64,000 nt of DNA from an uncultured Pseudomonadota bacterium. GTDB lineage: Bacteria > Pseudomonadota > Alphaproteobacteria > JACZXZ01. Of this stretch, positions 10,176-19,643 are shown one piece after another. Every line of letters starts with the position of its first letter. The stretch's first letter is position 1. A model generated the notes under the pieces. It did not search any database, had not been told where the DNA came from, and saw only the letters and a program-made list of their open reading frames with translations. The translations under genes were made by a program, and so were the position numbers. The stretch spans positions 1-64,000 of the forward strand of contig CAVVLJ010000022.1 in assembly GCA_963749075.1 (NCBI GenBank), written 5' to 3'.

Positions 10176-11156
10176 ATGCTGATCAAGCGCACGCCCGGCT
10201 GGGCGATGAAGGAGCGGGACGCGACCTCCGAGGGCGTCTTTCTTTCGCGGCGCCGGCTCATCGCCTCGCTCGCCGCGGGTCCCATCCTGGCGCCGCTGCT
10301 TGCAGGTGCCCTTGCGGGCGGTGCGCGGGCGGACGACGCCCCCGAGGCCGATCCCTCGGCCGGGCTCTATCCCGTGAAGCGCAACGACAAATACACGCTC
10401 GACCGCCCGATCACCCCCGAGGCGGACGTCACCACCTACAACAACTACTACGAGTTCGGCTCGGAGAAGAACATCTGGCGCGCCGCCCAGGCGGCCAAGC
10501 TCAGGCCCTGGAGCGTCAAGATCGACGGCATGGTGGAGAAGGCGGCGACCGTCGACATCGACACGCTCCTCAAGGCGATGCCGCTCGAGGAGCGCCTCTA
10601 CCGCCACCGCTGCGTCGAGGCGTGGTCGATGGCGGTGCCGTGGAGCGGCTTCGCGCTCAAGGCCTTCGTCGATTACGCGCGGCCGCTCGCCTCGGCGAAG
10701 TACATCGTCATGACTACCTTCCAGGACGCGGCCCTGGCACCCGGCCAACGCCAGTTCTGGTACCCCTGGCCCTACGTCGAGGGGCTCACCATGGCGGAGG
10801 CGACCAACGAGCTCGCCTTCATCGCGACCGGGCTCTACGGCAAGCCGATCCCCAAGCAGGACGGCGCCCCCTTGCGCCTGGTGACGCCGTGGAAGTACGG
10901 CTTCAAGTCGGTCAAGGCGATCGTGCACGTGAACTTCACGGACCAGCGGCCGAAGACCTTCTGGGAGACCATGGCGCCCGACGAATACGGCTTCTGGGCG
11001 AACGTCAACCCAGCGGTGCCCCATCCGCGCTGGAGCCAGGCGAGCGAGCGCGTCCTCGGCACCGGGGCGCGCGTGCCGACGCTCCTCTTCAACGGCTACG
11101 CCGACTACGTCAAGGATATCTACAAGGGCCTCGAGAAGGAGCGCCTCTACGCCTGA
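10176..11156 (+). CDS. msrP: Protein-methionine-sulfoxide reductase catalytic subunit
   Basis: Tat-like SRRRLI, YNNYYEFG, RHRCVEAWSM, PWKYGFKS, GFWANVNPAVPHPRWSQASER. Confidence 0.95.
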   Translation: MLIKRTPGWAMKERDATSEGVFLSRRRLIASLAAGPILAPLLAGALAGGARADDAPEADPSAGLYPVKRNDKYTLDRPITPEADVTTYNNYYEFGSEKNIWRAAQAAKLRPWSVKIDGMVEKAATVDIDTLLKAMPLEERLYRHRCVEAWSMAVPWSGFALKAFVDYARPLASAKYIVMTTFQDAALAPGQRQFWYPWPYVEGLTMAEATNELAFIATGLYGKPIPKQDGAPLRLVTPWKYGFKSVKAIVHVNFTDQRPKTFWETMAPDEYGFWANVNPAVPHPRWSQASERVLGTGARVPTLLFNGYADYVKDIYKGLEKERLYA

Positions 11157-11170
11157 GCGCTGCGGCGCCC

Positions 11171-11491
11171 TCAGGCGTCGAGCCAGCCCGCGGCATTGGC
11201 GGGCTGCCGCTGAGGCGCCGTCTTCGCTACGTCCAGTATCGCGGCTACGTCCATGGGGGCGGTGCCGCGTCGCGCGCGGCGCGCGGTGCGTTCACGCGCC
11301 TCGCGGATCAGGCTCTCGACCTGAGAGGCCTGGAGCTTGTCGGCGCGCATCAAGAGGATGGTGATCGGATCCGACAAGAGCTCGGTCGTCGAGGGCTCGA
11401 GGCCGGCCCGCGTCCACAGCCTGCTCTCGCGGACGTTCGCGGCTCTGGCGTCGGCCTTTCCCGTGCGAAAGAGAATCTCGCGGAGCTTCAT
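11171..11491 (-). CDS. Small hypothetical protein (EPSTTELLSDPITILLMRAD motif)
   Basis: GGGAGG RBS before the ATG; the EPxxxELLxDPIxxxLMxAD pattern recurs in small alphaproteobacterial proteins. Confidence 0.6.
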   Translation of the reverse strand: MKLREILFRTGKADARAANVRESRLWTRAGLEPSTTELLSDPITILLMRADKLQASQVESLIREARERTARRARRGTAPMDVAAILDVAKTAPQRQPANAAGWLDA

Positions 11492-11850
11492 CGCTCGCCT
11501 CCCTTCGGAGATCGCCCGCGGCGCGGGCGGCAATGCATCACGAGAATGCGTCTCGTTGGAGAACCATAACCCATCACCGGCGACCGACGTGTGATAGGGC
11601 TGTGACAAAAACCGGGCAGTGCCCCGTAGGCGGGTGCCGCCGACCCGGGCGCAAAAGCGCCGTTCCCGGCGGTGCGCCCCTGCCGCTCGCCTCAATGCTG
11701 TCACAGGGCACGTCGCCCAAGCGCCGCGGCGCGGGCAGCTTGCGCTCGTCATGCGGTTGGACGATATATACTGCCGTGCTTGAAGGCGCCGGGCCGCGCG
11801 GCTCGGAGGCCCTCCGCAGCTTGCCGAAGGCAGCTCGCAACGAACAGAGG

Positions 11851-12426
11851 ATGCAAGCCATGTTGAAGATCGCCCATAGAACCGCGCTCGCGCTCGCGGC
11901 GGCGGGAGTCCTCGGCGCATTGGCCTTGTCCGGCCCCTCGCTTGCGCGTGCGGGTGACGCGCCTGGCCAAGTCCTCGCCCAGCCCGCAGACGCTCCAGTC
12001 CTGATGGCGCAGGCCAGCGTGCCGCCGCCGCCGCCCACGGCCCAGGCGGCGGCACCCGCGCCGAAGCGAGCTGCCCCAGCCGTCGGCGTCGAGGCGCAAA
12101 TCAAGGACCTCCACCGGCGGCTCCACATCACGGCGGCCGAGGAGACGCTGTGGAACGGCGTCGCCCAGGTCATGCGGGAGAACGACGCGACGATGGCGGC
12201 GCTGGTCGGGAAACAGGCGGCGAGCGCCGGCACCATGAATGCCGTCGAGGATCTGCAGGCCTACTCGGAGATCAGCGACGCCCATGCCGAGGGGCTCAAG
12301 AAGTTCATCCCGGCCTTCCAGGCGCTCTACGACGCGCTCTCGGACAAGCAGAAGAAAGCGGCCGATACCCTGTTCCGCAATCGCATCCGCGCGCGGACGA
12401 AGGCGGCGGCGCCGAAGGCCGAGTGA
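11851..12426 (+). CDS. Spy/CpxP (LTXXQ) family periplasmic protein
   Basis: Signal peptide; LHRRLHITAAEETLW and LYDALSDKQKKAADTLF. Confidence 0.8.
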   Translation: MQAMLKIAHRTALALAAAGVLGALALSGPSLARAGDAPGQVLAQPADAPVLMAQASVPPPPPTAQAAAPAPKRAAPAVGVEAQIKDLHRRLHITAAEETLWNGVAQVMRENDATMAALVGKQAASAGTMNAVEDLQAYSEISDAHAEGLKKFIPAFQALYDALSDKQKKAADTLFRNRIRARTKAAAPKAE

Positions 12427-12469
12427 GCGGGGTGCCGCCGGAGGGCTCCTTCCGGGTGCTCGGCTGATC

Positions 12470-13516
12470 TCAGGCGAGCCCGGCGCGCGCCGGGCGCGGA
12501 GGGGCGTGCTCCGCCGCAGGAGCGGAGATATCGGGGAAGTGGCAGGCTGCGAGGCGGCCGGCGCCGACGGCCGCGAGCGCCGGCTTCACGCGCGCGCAGG
12601 TCTCCTCCTCGCCCTTGGGGCAGCGGCCGAAGAAGGCGCAGACGTTGGGCTCGGGGTCGATCGGGCTGCGCGGCTCGCCGGCGAGCCGGATGCGCGCGCG
12701 CTGCGTCTCGACGTTCATGCTCGGGATGGCCGAGATGAGCGCCCGCGTATAGGGATGCGCCGGTGCCGCGAAGACCTCCGCCGCCGGCCCGCTCTCGGCG
12801 ATCTCGCCCATGTACATCACGATCATGCGGTCGCAGAGGAGGCGCACGACGTTGAGGTCGTGGCTCACGAAGAGGAAGCTCAGGCCGAGGCGGCGCTTGA
12901 GCTCGGCGAGCAGGTTGAGGATCACGACCTGGACCGAGACGTCGAGCGCCGAGGTGGGCTCGTCGAGGATGAGGAGTGCGGGCTCGACCGCGACCGCGCG
13001 CGCGATGCCGACGCGCGCCTTCTGGCCGCCCGAGAGCTGGTGCGGGAAGCGGCCGAGGAGCTCGAAGGGGAGGCCGGCCAGGGCTGCCGCCTCGGCCGCC
13101 TTGGCCTTGAGCGCCGCACCCTTGAGGCCCTTGAGGCGCCTCAAGGGATCGGCGATCGCGTCGAGCGCGGTGAAACGCGGGTTCAAGCTGCCGTCGGCGT
13201 CCTGGAATACCATCTGGATGCGCGCCCGCGCCGGCGTGCGGCCGAAGCGCCGCGCCGGGATGCCGGCGATCTCCGCGCCCTCGAAGCGGATGGAGCCGGC
13301 GCTCGGGTCGAGGAGGCGGGCCAAGATGCGCACCAGCGTCGACTTGCCGCAACCCGACTCGCCGACGAGGCCGACCGCCTCGCCGCGCAGAATTGCGAAG
13401 GAGACCTCGCGCACGGCGTGAAGCCGCGATTGCACCCTGCCGCGCGCGAGCCAGCTCTTCCCCTTGCCCACCGGGAACGTCTTGCTGAGGTTCGCGGTTT
13501 CGAGGAGGGCGCTCAC
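12470..13516 (-). CDS. Dpp/Opp-type ABC transporter ATP-binding protein (DppF-like)
   Basis: GESGCGKST, LSGGQKAR, LDEPT, HPYTRAL. Confidence 0.93.
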   Translation of the reverse strand: MSALLETANLSKTFPVGKGKSWLARGRVQSRLHAVREVSFAILRGEAVGLVGESGCGKSTLVRILARLLDPSAGSIRFEGAEIAGIPARRFGRTPARARIQMVFQDADGSLNPRFTALDAIADPLRRLKGLKGAALKAKAAEAAALAGLPFELLGRFPHQLSGGQKARVGIARAVAVEPALLILDEPTSALDVSVQVVILNLLAELKRRLGLSFLFVSHDLNVVRLLCDRMIVMYMGEIAESGPAAEVFAAPAHPYTRALISAIPSMNVETQRARIRLAGEPRSPIDPEPNVCAFFGRCPKGEEETCARVKPALAAVGAGRLAACHFPDISAPAAEHAPPRPARAGLA

Positions 13517-14487
13517 AGGGGATGCCGGCACGCCACCGCGTGCTCTCCCGTGGCGGCGAGTGCTAGGACGCCCACATCGCAATCGGGCGCGTGGCGCTCG
13601 CAGCGGGCGCTGTAGCGGCAGGGCGGCAGATCGGCGCGCCGCAAGTCGGGCAGGCTGCCGGGGATCGAGGCGAGATCGGCGAGACGGGCCTCCGGGCGCG
13701 GCGTAGCCGCAATGAGCCGAGCCGCATAGGGGTGGCGCGGATGGGCGAAGAGCTCGGCGGTCGGCGCCACCTCGACGACGTGGCCGGCGTGCATCACCGC
13801 GATGCGGTCGCAATACTCGGCGGCGAGGCCCAAGTCGTGGGTGATCAGCACCGTCGCCATGCCGCGCTCCGCCGCGAGCTCGGCGATGAGGTCCATGATG
13901 ACCGCCTGGGTGGTGACGTCGAGCCCGGTGGTCGGCTCGTCGGCGATGAGGAGGGCCGGCGAGCAGGCGAGCGCCATGGCGATCATGATGCGCTGGCACA
14001 TGCCGCCCGAGAGCTCGAAGGGATAGGCTGAGGCGCGGCGCTCCGGGTCGGGGATGCGCACCTTGCCGAGCATCTCGACGGCGCGCCGGGATGCCTCGCT
14101 TCTGCGCACGTTGCCGTGCTGCACGAGGATGTCGGCGATCTGCCGGCCGACGGCGCGGATGGGATTGAGGGCGGCGCGCGGGTTCTGGAAGATCATGGCG
14201 AGCTCGCGCCCGCGCATCTCGCGCAACGTCGCCTCGTCCGCCGCGAGCAGGTCGAGGCCGCCGAAGACGATGCGCCCGCTCGTGATGCGCGCCGCGGCGT
14301 CGAGGATGCCGAGGACGGCAAAGGCGGTGACCGACTTGCCCGAGCCGCTCTCGCCGACGAGCGCCAGCTTCTCGTGCCGCCGCAGCGAGAAGGAGACGCG
14401 CTCGAGCGCCCGCACGCTGCCGCCGCGCGTGCGGAACTCGACCGAGAGCTCCTCGACCGCGAGGAGCGGGATGTCCGCCTCGCTCAC
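13513..14487 (-). CDS. Dpp/Opp-type ABC transporter ATP-binding protein (DppD-like)
   Basis: GESGSGKS, LSGGMCQR, ADEPTTGLD. Confidence 0.93.
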   Translation of the reverse strand: MSEADIPLLAVEELSVEFRTRGGSVRALERVSFSLRRHEKLALVGESGSGKSVTAFAVLGILDAAARITSGRIVFGGLDLLAADEATLREMRGRELAMIFQNPRAALNPIRAVGRQIADILVQHGNVRRSEASRRAVEMLGKVRIPDPERRASAYPFELSGGMCQRIMIAMALACSPALLIADEPTTGLDVTTQAVIMDLIAELAAERGMATVLITHDLGLAAEYCDRIAVMHAGHVVEVAPTAELFAHPRHPYAARLIAATPRPEARLADLASIPGSLPDLRRADLPPCRYSARCERHAPDCDVGVLALAATGEHAVACRHPL

Positions 14488-15329
14488 GTGCGCCTCCGCG
14501 GGTCGACGATGTCGCGCAGCCCGTCGCCGAGCAGGTTGAAACAGAACACGGCGAGCATGAGCCAGAGGCCCGGGAAGAGGGCGGCCCACCACTCGCCCGA
14601 CACGATGAAGCTCGCCCCCTCGGCGACCATGATGCCCCATTCCGGCGTCGGCGGCCGCACGCCGAGGCCGATGAAGGAGAGGCCCGCCGCATTGAGGATG
14701 GCATAGCCGAGGGTGAGGCTCACCTGCACCATCATGAGCGGCATGATGTTCGGCAGGATGTGGAGGAGGAGAATCTGGGTCTCGCTGTTGCCGGAGAGCC
14801 TTGCCGCCTCGATGAAGCCGGCCTCGCGGCGGACGTTCGCCTCGGCGCGCGCGATGCGCGCGTAGATCGGCAGATTGATGATCGCCGTGGCATAGACGAT
14901 GTTGGCGACCGTGTTGCCGAGTGCGGCCACGATGCCCATGGCGAGGATGAAGAGCGGGAAGGCCATGATGGTGTCGACGACGCGCCCGATCGCGCGGTCG
15001 ATCCAGCCGCCGTAATAGCCGGCGACGATGCCCATGAGCGTGCCGATGCCGAAGGCGAGCGCCACCGAGATGAAGGCGATGCCGAGATCGAGGCGGCTCG
15101 CCACGACGATGCGGCTGAAGATATCGCGGCCGAGCTGATCGGTGCCGAACCAGTGGGCGGCACTCGGCGGCGTGAGCGCCCGCGCCGTGTCGCTGGCGAG
15201 CGGATCGTAGGGCACCAGCGCCGGTCCGAGGGCGGCCGAGAGGGCGAAGAGCAGGAGGAGGCCGAAGGCGAGCCCGGTGACCGGGTTCTCCGCGATGACG
15301 TAGCGCGTGTGGCGGAGGGCCGCGATCAT
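14484..15329 (-). CDS. ABC transporter permease (DppC-like)
   Basis: HWFGTDQLGRDIFSR, EAA loop FIEAARLSG, PPTPEWG. Confidence 0.93.
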   Translation of the reverse strand: MIAALRHTRYVIAENPVTGLAFGLLLLFALSAALGPALVPYDPLASDTARALTPPSAAHWFGTDQLGRDIFSRIVVASRLDLGIAFISVALAFGIGTLMGIVAGYYGGWIDRAIGRVVDTIMAFPLFILAMGIVAALGNTVANIVYATAIINLPIYARIARAEANVRREAGFIEAARLSGNSETQILLLHILPNIMPLMMVQVSLTLGYAILNAAGLSFIGLGVRPPTPEWGIMVAEGASFIVSGEWWAALFPGLWLMLAVFCFNLLGDGLRDIVDPRRRT

Positions 15330-16333
15330 GCCTCGATCCGCACGCGCGGATCGACCACGCCGTAGACGAGGTCGATCGCCAGGTTGAGCAGCACGTAGAG
15401 GAGCGCCATGGCGAGCACGAAGCCCTGCACCGGCGCGTAATCGGAGGCGATGAGCGCCTCGATGGCGTAGGAGCCGATGCCGGGCCAGGCGAAGACCTTC
15501 TCGACCAGGACGTTGGCGCCGAGGAGGAAGGAGAACACCATGCCGAGGGTGGTGATGACCGGCAGCACCGCGTTGCGCAGCGCATAGACGTAGACGATGC
15601 GCCGCGGGGTGAGGCCGCTCGCGCGTGCGGTGCGGATGAACTCGCTGCCGAGTGCCGCCAGCATGGCCGCGCGCGTCATGCGCGCGAGTGGCGCCAGCGA
15701 GAAGATGGCGAGCGTTGAGGCCGGCAGCACGAGCTGGGCGAATGCCGCGGCGAAGGTGTCGGGGTCGCCTGCCAGGAGGCTGTCGATCAGGTAGAAGCCG
15801 GTGCGCGTTGGCGGCGCCGAATGGAACACGTCGAGACGTCCGAGCGGCGCCGGCGCCCAGCCGAGGAGGTAGTAGAAGACATAGACGAGGAGGAGCCCGG
15901 TGAAGAAGGTCGGCAGCGAGACGCCCGCCGTCGCCACGACGCGGCAGAGGTGGTCGACCCAGGAGCCCGGCCGCGTCGCCGCCACGATGCCGAGCGGGAC
16001 GGCGACCGCGACGGCGATGAGAAGGCCTAGAAGCGTCAACTCCGCCGAGGCCGGCAGCCGCGTCAGCACCTCGTCGAGCACCGGCTGCCCGGTGGTGAGC
16101 GAGGTGCCGAGATCGCCCTGGGCGAGGCGCGCGACGTAATCGAGGAACTGCGCCGGCAGGCTGCGGTCGAGGCCGAGGCGGTGGCGGATCTCCTCGACCG
16201 CCTGGGGCGTCGCGGCGGGGCCCGCGAAATAGGCGGCGGGATCGCCGGGCAGCGCGCGCGTCAGAAGGAAGGTCACGACGATGACGCCGGCCACGCTCGG
16301 CAAAGCGCTGGCCAGGCGGCGGAGGACCAGCAT
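15326..16333 (-). CDS. ABC transporter permease (DppB-like)
   Basis: LPGDPA, GDLGTS, FIRTARASGL, VEKVFAWPGIG. Confidence 0.93.
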   Translation of the reverse strand: MLVLRRLASALPSVAGVIVVTFLLTRALPGDPAAYFAGPAATPQAVEEIRHRLGLDRSLPAQFLDYVARLAQGDLGTSLTTGQPVLDEVLTRLPASAELTLLGLLIAVAVAVPLGIVAATRPGSWVDHLCRVVATAGVSLPTFFTGLLLVYVFYYLLGWAPAPLGRLDVFHSAPPTRTGFYLIDSLLAGDPDTFAAAFAQLVLPASTLAIFSLAPLARMTRAAMLAALGSEFIRTARASGLTPRRIVYVYALRNAVLPVITTLGMVFSFLLGANVLVEKVFAWPGIGSYAIEALIASDYAPVQGFVLAMALLYVLLNLAIDLVYGVVDPRVRIEA

Positions 16334-16342
16334 GCGCGCGAG

Positions 16343-17944
16343 CTAGGCGCGCCCGAGCTGCCGGTAGTCGAGCTGGCGGTGGAACCAGTACCGGTAGCCG
16401 GTCACGTCCCGCTGCATCGCCACGTTGAGGTACTGCTGGAAGAGCGGCACGCGCGGCACCTCGTCGTAGGCGATCTTGATGAAGCCGATGACCTCCTCCT
16501 TGTACTTGGCCGGGTCCGTCTCGAAGCGCGCCGCGTCGACCAGCTTGTCGAGCGCCGGGTTCTTGTAGGACATGGTGTTGAAGATCGCGTTCTGCCCGTG
16601 ATAGGCCCAGTAGAAGAAGTAGTCGGGAAAGTTGAGCCAGCCGCCGAAGGTGTTGGTGATGAGGGGCAGCGTCTTCTTCATGAACTCGGCGCGCCAGTTG
16701 GCGCCGGGAACCTTGTCGATCGTCACCTTGATGCCGATCTCGGCCAGGCTCTCCTGCACCAAGACGCAGAGCGGCTCGTTGACCACGGCGTAGCCGAGGT
16801 CGAAGGAGAGCGTGGTCTCGAGGCCGCCCCCATAGCCCGCCTCGGCGGCCAGCGCCTTGGCCTTGGCCATGTCGGTCGTATAGCGCGTGCGCTGCGGCCA
16901 CTCGTCCGTCGTCACCTCCTGGGGGCCGCCGAAGAGCGGGAGCGCCCGGCCGAACATCACCGCGTCCATGATCTTCTGGTAGGGGATGGCGTAGGCCACC
17001 GCCTGGCGCAGCTTGACGTTGTCGAAGGGCGGCTTGGTGACGTTCATGCCGATGTATTGCATCGAGTTCTCGATCGGCGTGCCCTCGACCGTGAGCTTCT
17101 TGAGCTCGGCGAGCTCGGCCACGTCCTTGGGCGGCAGATCGACCGAGATGTCGCCGTCGCCGCGCTCGATGAGCGCGCGGCGGTTGCCCGCCGACGGCAC
17201 GATGCGCCAGATGACGCGCTGGAACTTAGGGAGCGGTCCGCTCTTCCAGGCCTCGTGGCGCAGGTAGACGATCTCCTGGCCCGGCGTCCATTTCTCGATG
17301 CGGAAGGCGCCGCCGCCCGCCTCGTTGTTCTTGAGCCAGTCCATGGCCCAGGGGTCCGCTGCCGTCGCGTGCTTCTCGGCGAGGCCGGAATTGATGACGA
17401 TCGGCACCGGCACCGCGAGGTCGGGCATGGTGAGCTTGTCGCGGCGGAGGAAATCGACGCGGAAGGTGAGGTCGTCCAATGCTACGAACTGCTCGGGCTT
17501 CTCGAGCGAGCCCGCCTTCATCTGGAAGGTCGGGAAGCCGCCGACCGCGACCGCGCGGTCGAACGACCATTTCACGTCCTTGGCGCTAACCGGCGTGCCG
17601 TCGTGGAACTTGGCGTCCTTGCGCAGCTTGAAGGTCACCGAGTCCTGGGTGAGGTTCCAGTCTTCCGCGAGCTCGGGCTCGATCTTGGTATAGTCGTAGT
17701 GGTCGTTGCCGTTGGCGTCCTTCTTGACGCCGAAGGTGAGGAGGCGGTCGTAGGTGTTCCACGACGCCTCGTAGCCCGGCCGGTTGGTGCCGACGCCGTG
17801 AATGTCGAGATTGTTGGGGCCGCCCTCGGAGAGCGTGAGGAGCGTGTCCTTGCGGCTCTGCGCCGAGGCGGGCCGCACGTAGGGTGCTGCGAGTGCCGCG
17901 GTGGCGAGCGCCGTGGTCCGCTTGAGAAAATCACGCCGCCGCAC
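16343..17944 (-). CDS. ABC transporter substrate-binding protein, family 5, with Tat signal
   Basis: VRRRDFLK signal; FKLRKDAKFHDGTPVSAKDVKWSFDR family-5 signature. Confidence 0.92.
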   Translation of the reverse strand: MRRRDFLKRTTALATAALAAPYVRPASAQSRKDTLLTLSEGGPNNLDIHGVGTNRPGYEASWNTYDRLLTFGVKKDANGNDHYDYTKIEPELAEDWNLTQDSVTFKLRKDAKFHDGTPVSAKDVKWSFDRAVAVGGFPTFQMKAGSLEKPEQFVALDDLTFRVDFLRRDKLTMPDLAVPVPIVINSGLAEKHATAADPWAMDWLKNNEAGGGAFRIEKWTPGQEIVYLRHEAWKSGPLPKFQRVIWRIVPSAGNRRALIERGDGDISVDLPPKDVAELAELKKLTVEGTPIENSMQYIGMNVTKPPFDNVKLRQAVAYAIPYQKIMDAVMFGRALPLFGGPQEVTTDEWPQRTRYTTDMAKAKALAAEAGYGGGLETTLSFDLGYAVVNEPLCVLVQESLAEIGIKVTIDKVPGANWRAEFMKKTLPLITNTFGGWLNFPDYFFYWAYHGQNAIFNTMSYKNPALDKLVDAARFETDPAKYKEEVIGFIKIAYDEVPRVPLFQQYLNVAMQRDVTGYRYWFHRQLDYRQLGRA

Positions 17945-18002
17945 AGCGCCACCCGTCCTTGCCCATCGCTGTCCCCCATGCTCCGAACGACCTTGGAGCA
18001 GG

Positions 18003-18018
18003 TGCAATCCCTATGCCA
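18003..18018 (-). promoter_or_regulatory. sigma54 (-24/-12) promoter for the ABC operon
   Basis: Minus strand reads TGGCAT-AGGGA-TTGCA, ~60 nt upstream of the SBP start. Confidence 0.8.
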
Positions 18019-18069
18019 TCGAGTCGCGGCAGCGCGGGCGGAAGCTGCCGGCCGCGGGGCTTTGCGAGG

Positions 18070-18086
18070 CGCACATTTTTTGTGCA
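18070..18086. promoter_or_regulatory. NtrC-type enhancer site
   Basis: CGCAC-ATTTTTT-GTGCA matches TGCAC-N7-GTGCA at 9 of 10 specified positions, upstream of the sigma54 promoter. Confidence 0.6.
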
Positions 18087-18250
18087 GGACTCGTCTTTCT
18101 TGGGCAGGGAGCCCGCGTCAAAGCGCTGCCATTGTCCTTTGCACCCGTTCGAGGCAGGCGGCCCGCGCCGGCCGCCGCGAGCGCGGCGCTCATCTTGCTT
18201 TCGGGCGCCGGCATCGTCATCTTCCTGGCGCTCAAGTGCTGGAGGTGGGA

Positions 18251-19620
18251 GTGGAGGCGACGCTGCCGCCGCGGCCAACGGGGCCGGCCTACTGGCTGAG
18301 GAACGCGCGGCTGCCGCTCGCGCTCCTGGCACGGCCGGAGGCAGCACTCGCCGCGCGCGCCGAGGCCGGCGGCCTCGTGCTCGCCGATCTCAAGGTCGAG
18401 CGCGGCCGCATCGCTGTCCTGGCACCCGCCGGTGCCGCGATGATCGACGCGCCCGCCTTCGAGCTCGACGGCGGCATGCTGTGGCCGGCGCCCGTCGAGC
18501 TCCATACCCACATCGACAAGGGCCACATCTGGCCGCGCGCGGAGAACCCCGACGGCACGCATCTCGCGCGCGCCAGGCCGCCGCCGCCGACCGCGAGGCG
18601 AATTGGTCGGCCGCGGACGTGCGGCGGCGCATGGCATTCTCGCTCGCCTGCGCCTACGGCCACGGCACGCGGGCGCTGCGCACGCATCTCAATTCGATCG
18701 GCAGCCAGACGGCGATCTCCTGGCCGGTCTTCGCCGAGCTGCGCGCGGCATGGGCGGAGCGGCTCGCGCTCCAGGCGGTCTCGCTCACGCCGCTCGATGC
18801 GTTCCGCGACGAGGCGGCGGCTGCCGCGATCGCCGATACGGTCGCCGCCCACGGCGGCATCCTCGGTGCCGTGACCCATGCGGTGCCGGCCAATTCCGCG
18901 CTCCTTGCGCGCGTCTTCGCTCACGCCGAGGCGCGCGGCCTCGATCTCGATTTCCACGTGGACGAGACGGCGGATCCGGCGGCGGCCTCCTTGCGCGCCG
19001 TGGCCGAGACGGCGCTCGCGCGGCGTTTTCCCGGCCGCATCGTTTGCGGCCACTGCTGCAGCTTGGCGCGCCAGGAGCCGGCCGAGGCCGAGCGCACGCT
19101 CGAGCTCGTGGCGGCAGCGGGCATCGCGGTCGTGAGCCTTCCCATGTGCAACCTCTTCCTCCAGGACCGCGTGCCCGGGCGCACGCCGCGCTGGCGCGGG
19201 GTGACGCTCGTCCACGAGATGGCGGCACGCGGCATTCCCGTGGCCTTCTCCTCCGACAACACGCGCGACCCCTTCTACGGCTATGGCGACCTCGACGCGG
19301 TCGAGGTCTTCCGAGAGGCCGCGCGCATCGCCCATCTCGACCGGCCGGTGGGCGACTGGCCGCGCGCCGTCACCACCACGCCGGCGCGCGTCATGGGGCT
19401 CGCCGACGCGGATGGGCTCGCGGTGGGGGGTGCCGCCGACCTCATCCTCTTCCGCGCGCGCTTCTGGCACGAGCTCCTGGCACGGCCGCAGAGCGACCGC
19501 GTCGTGCTGCGCCGCGGCGCGGCGATCGACGCCACGCCGCCCGACTACCGCGAGCTCGACGGGCTACTCGGGGGCGGCTCGGGCAGCGGCCGAAGGCCGG
19601 ATAATTTGACCGTCAAATAA
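18251..19620 (+). CDS. Cytosine/pterin deaminase-like amidohydrolase with an apparent frameshift at ~18570
   Basis: ELHTHIDKGH in the first frame; LRTHL, LDFHVDE, CGHCCSL and SSDNTRDPFYGYGD in the next frame. Confidence 0.85.
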
Positions 19621-19643
19621 GCAGCTGCCATTCTGCGGCCGTC

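Noticed and set aside
18560-18595. Frameshift in the deaminase as real inactivation
   Set aside because: One missing base in a GC-repeat tract with both halves otherwise intact; probably an error and needs read checking.
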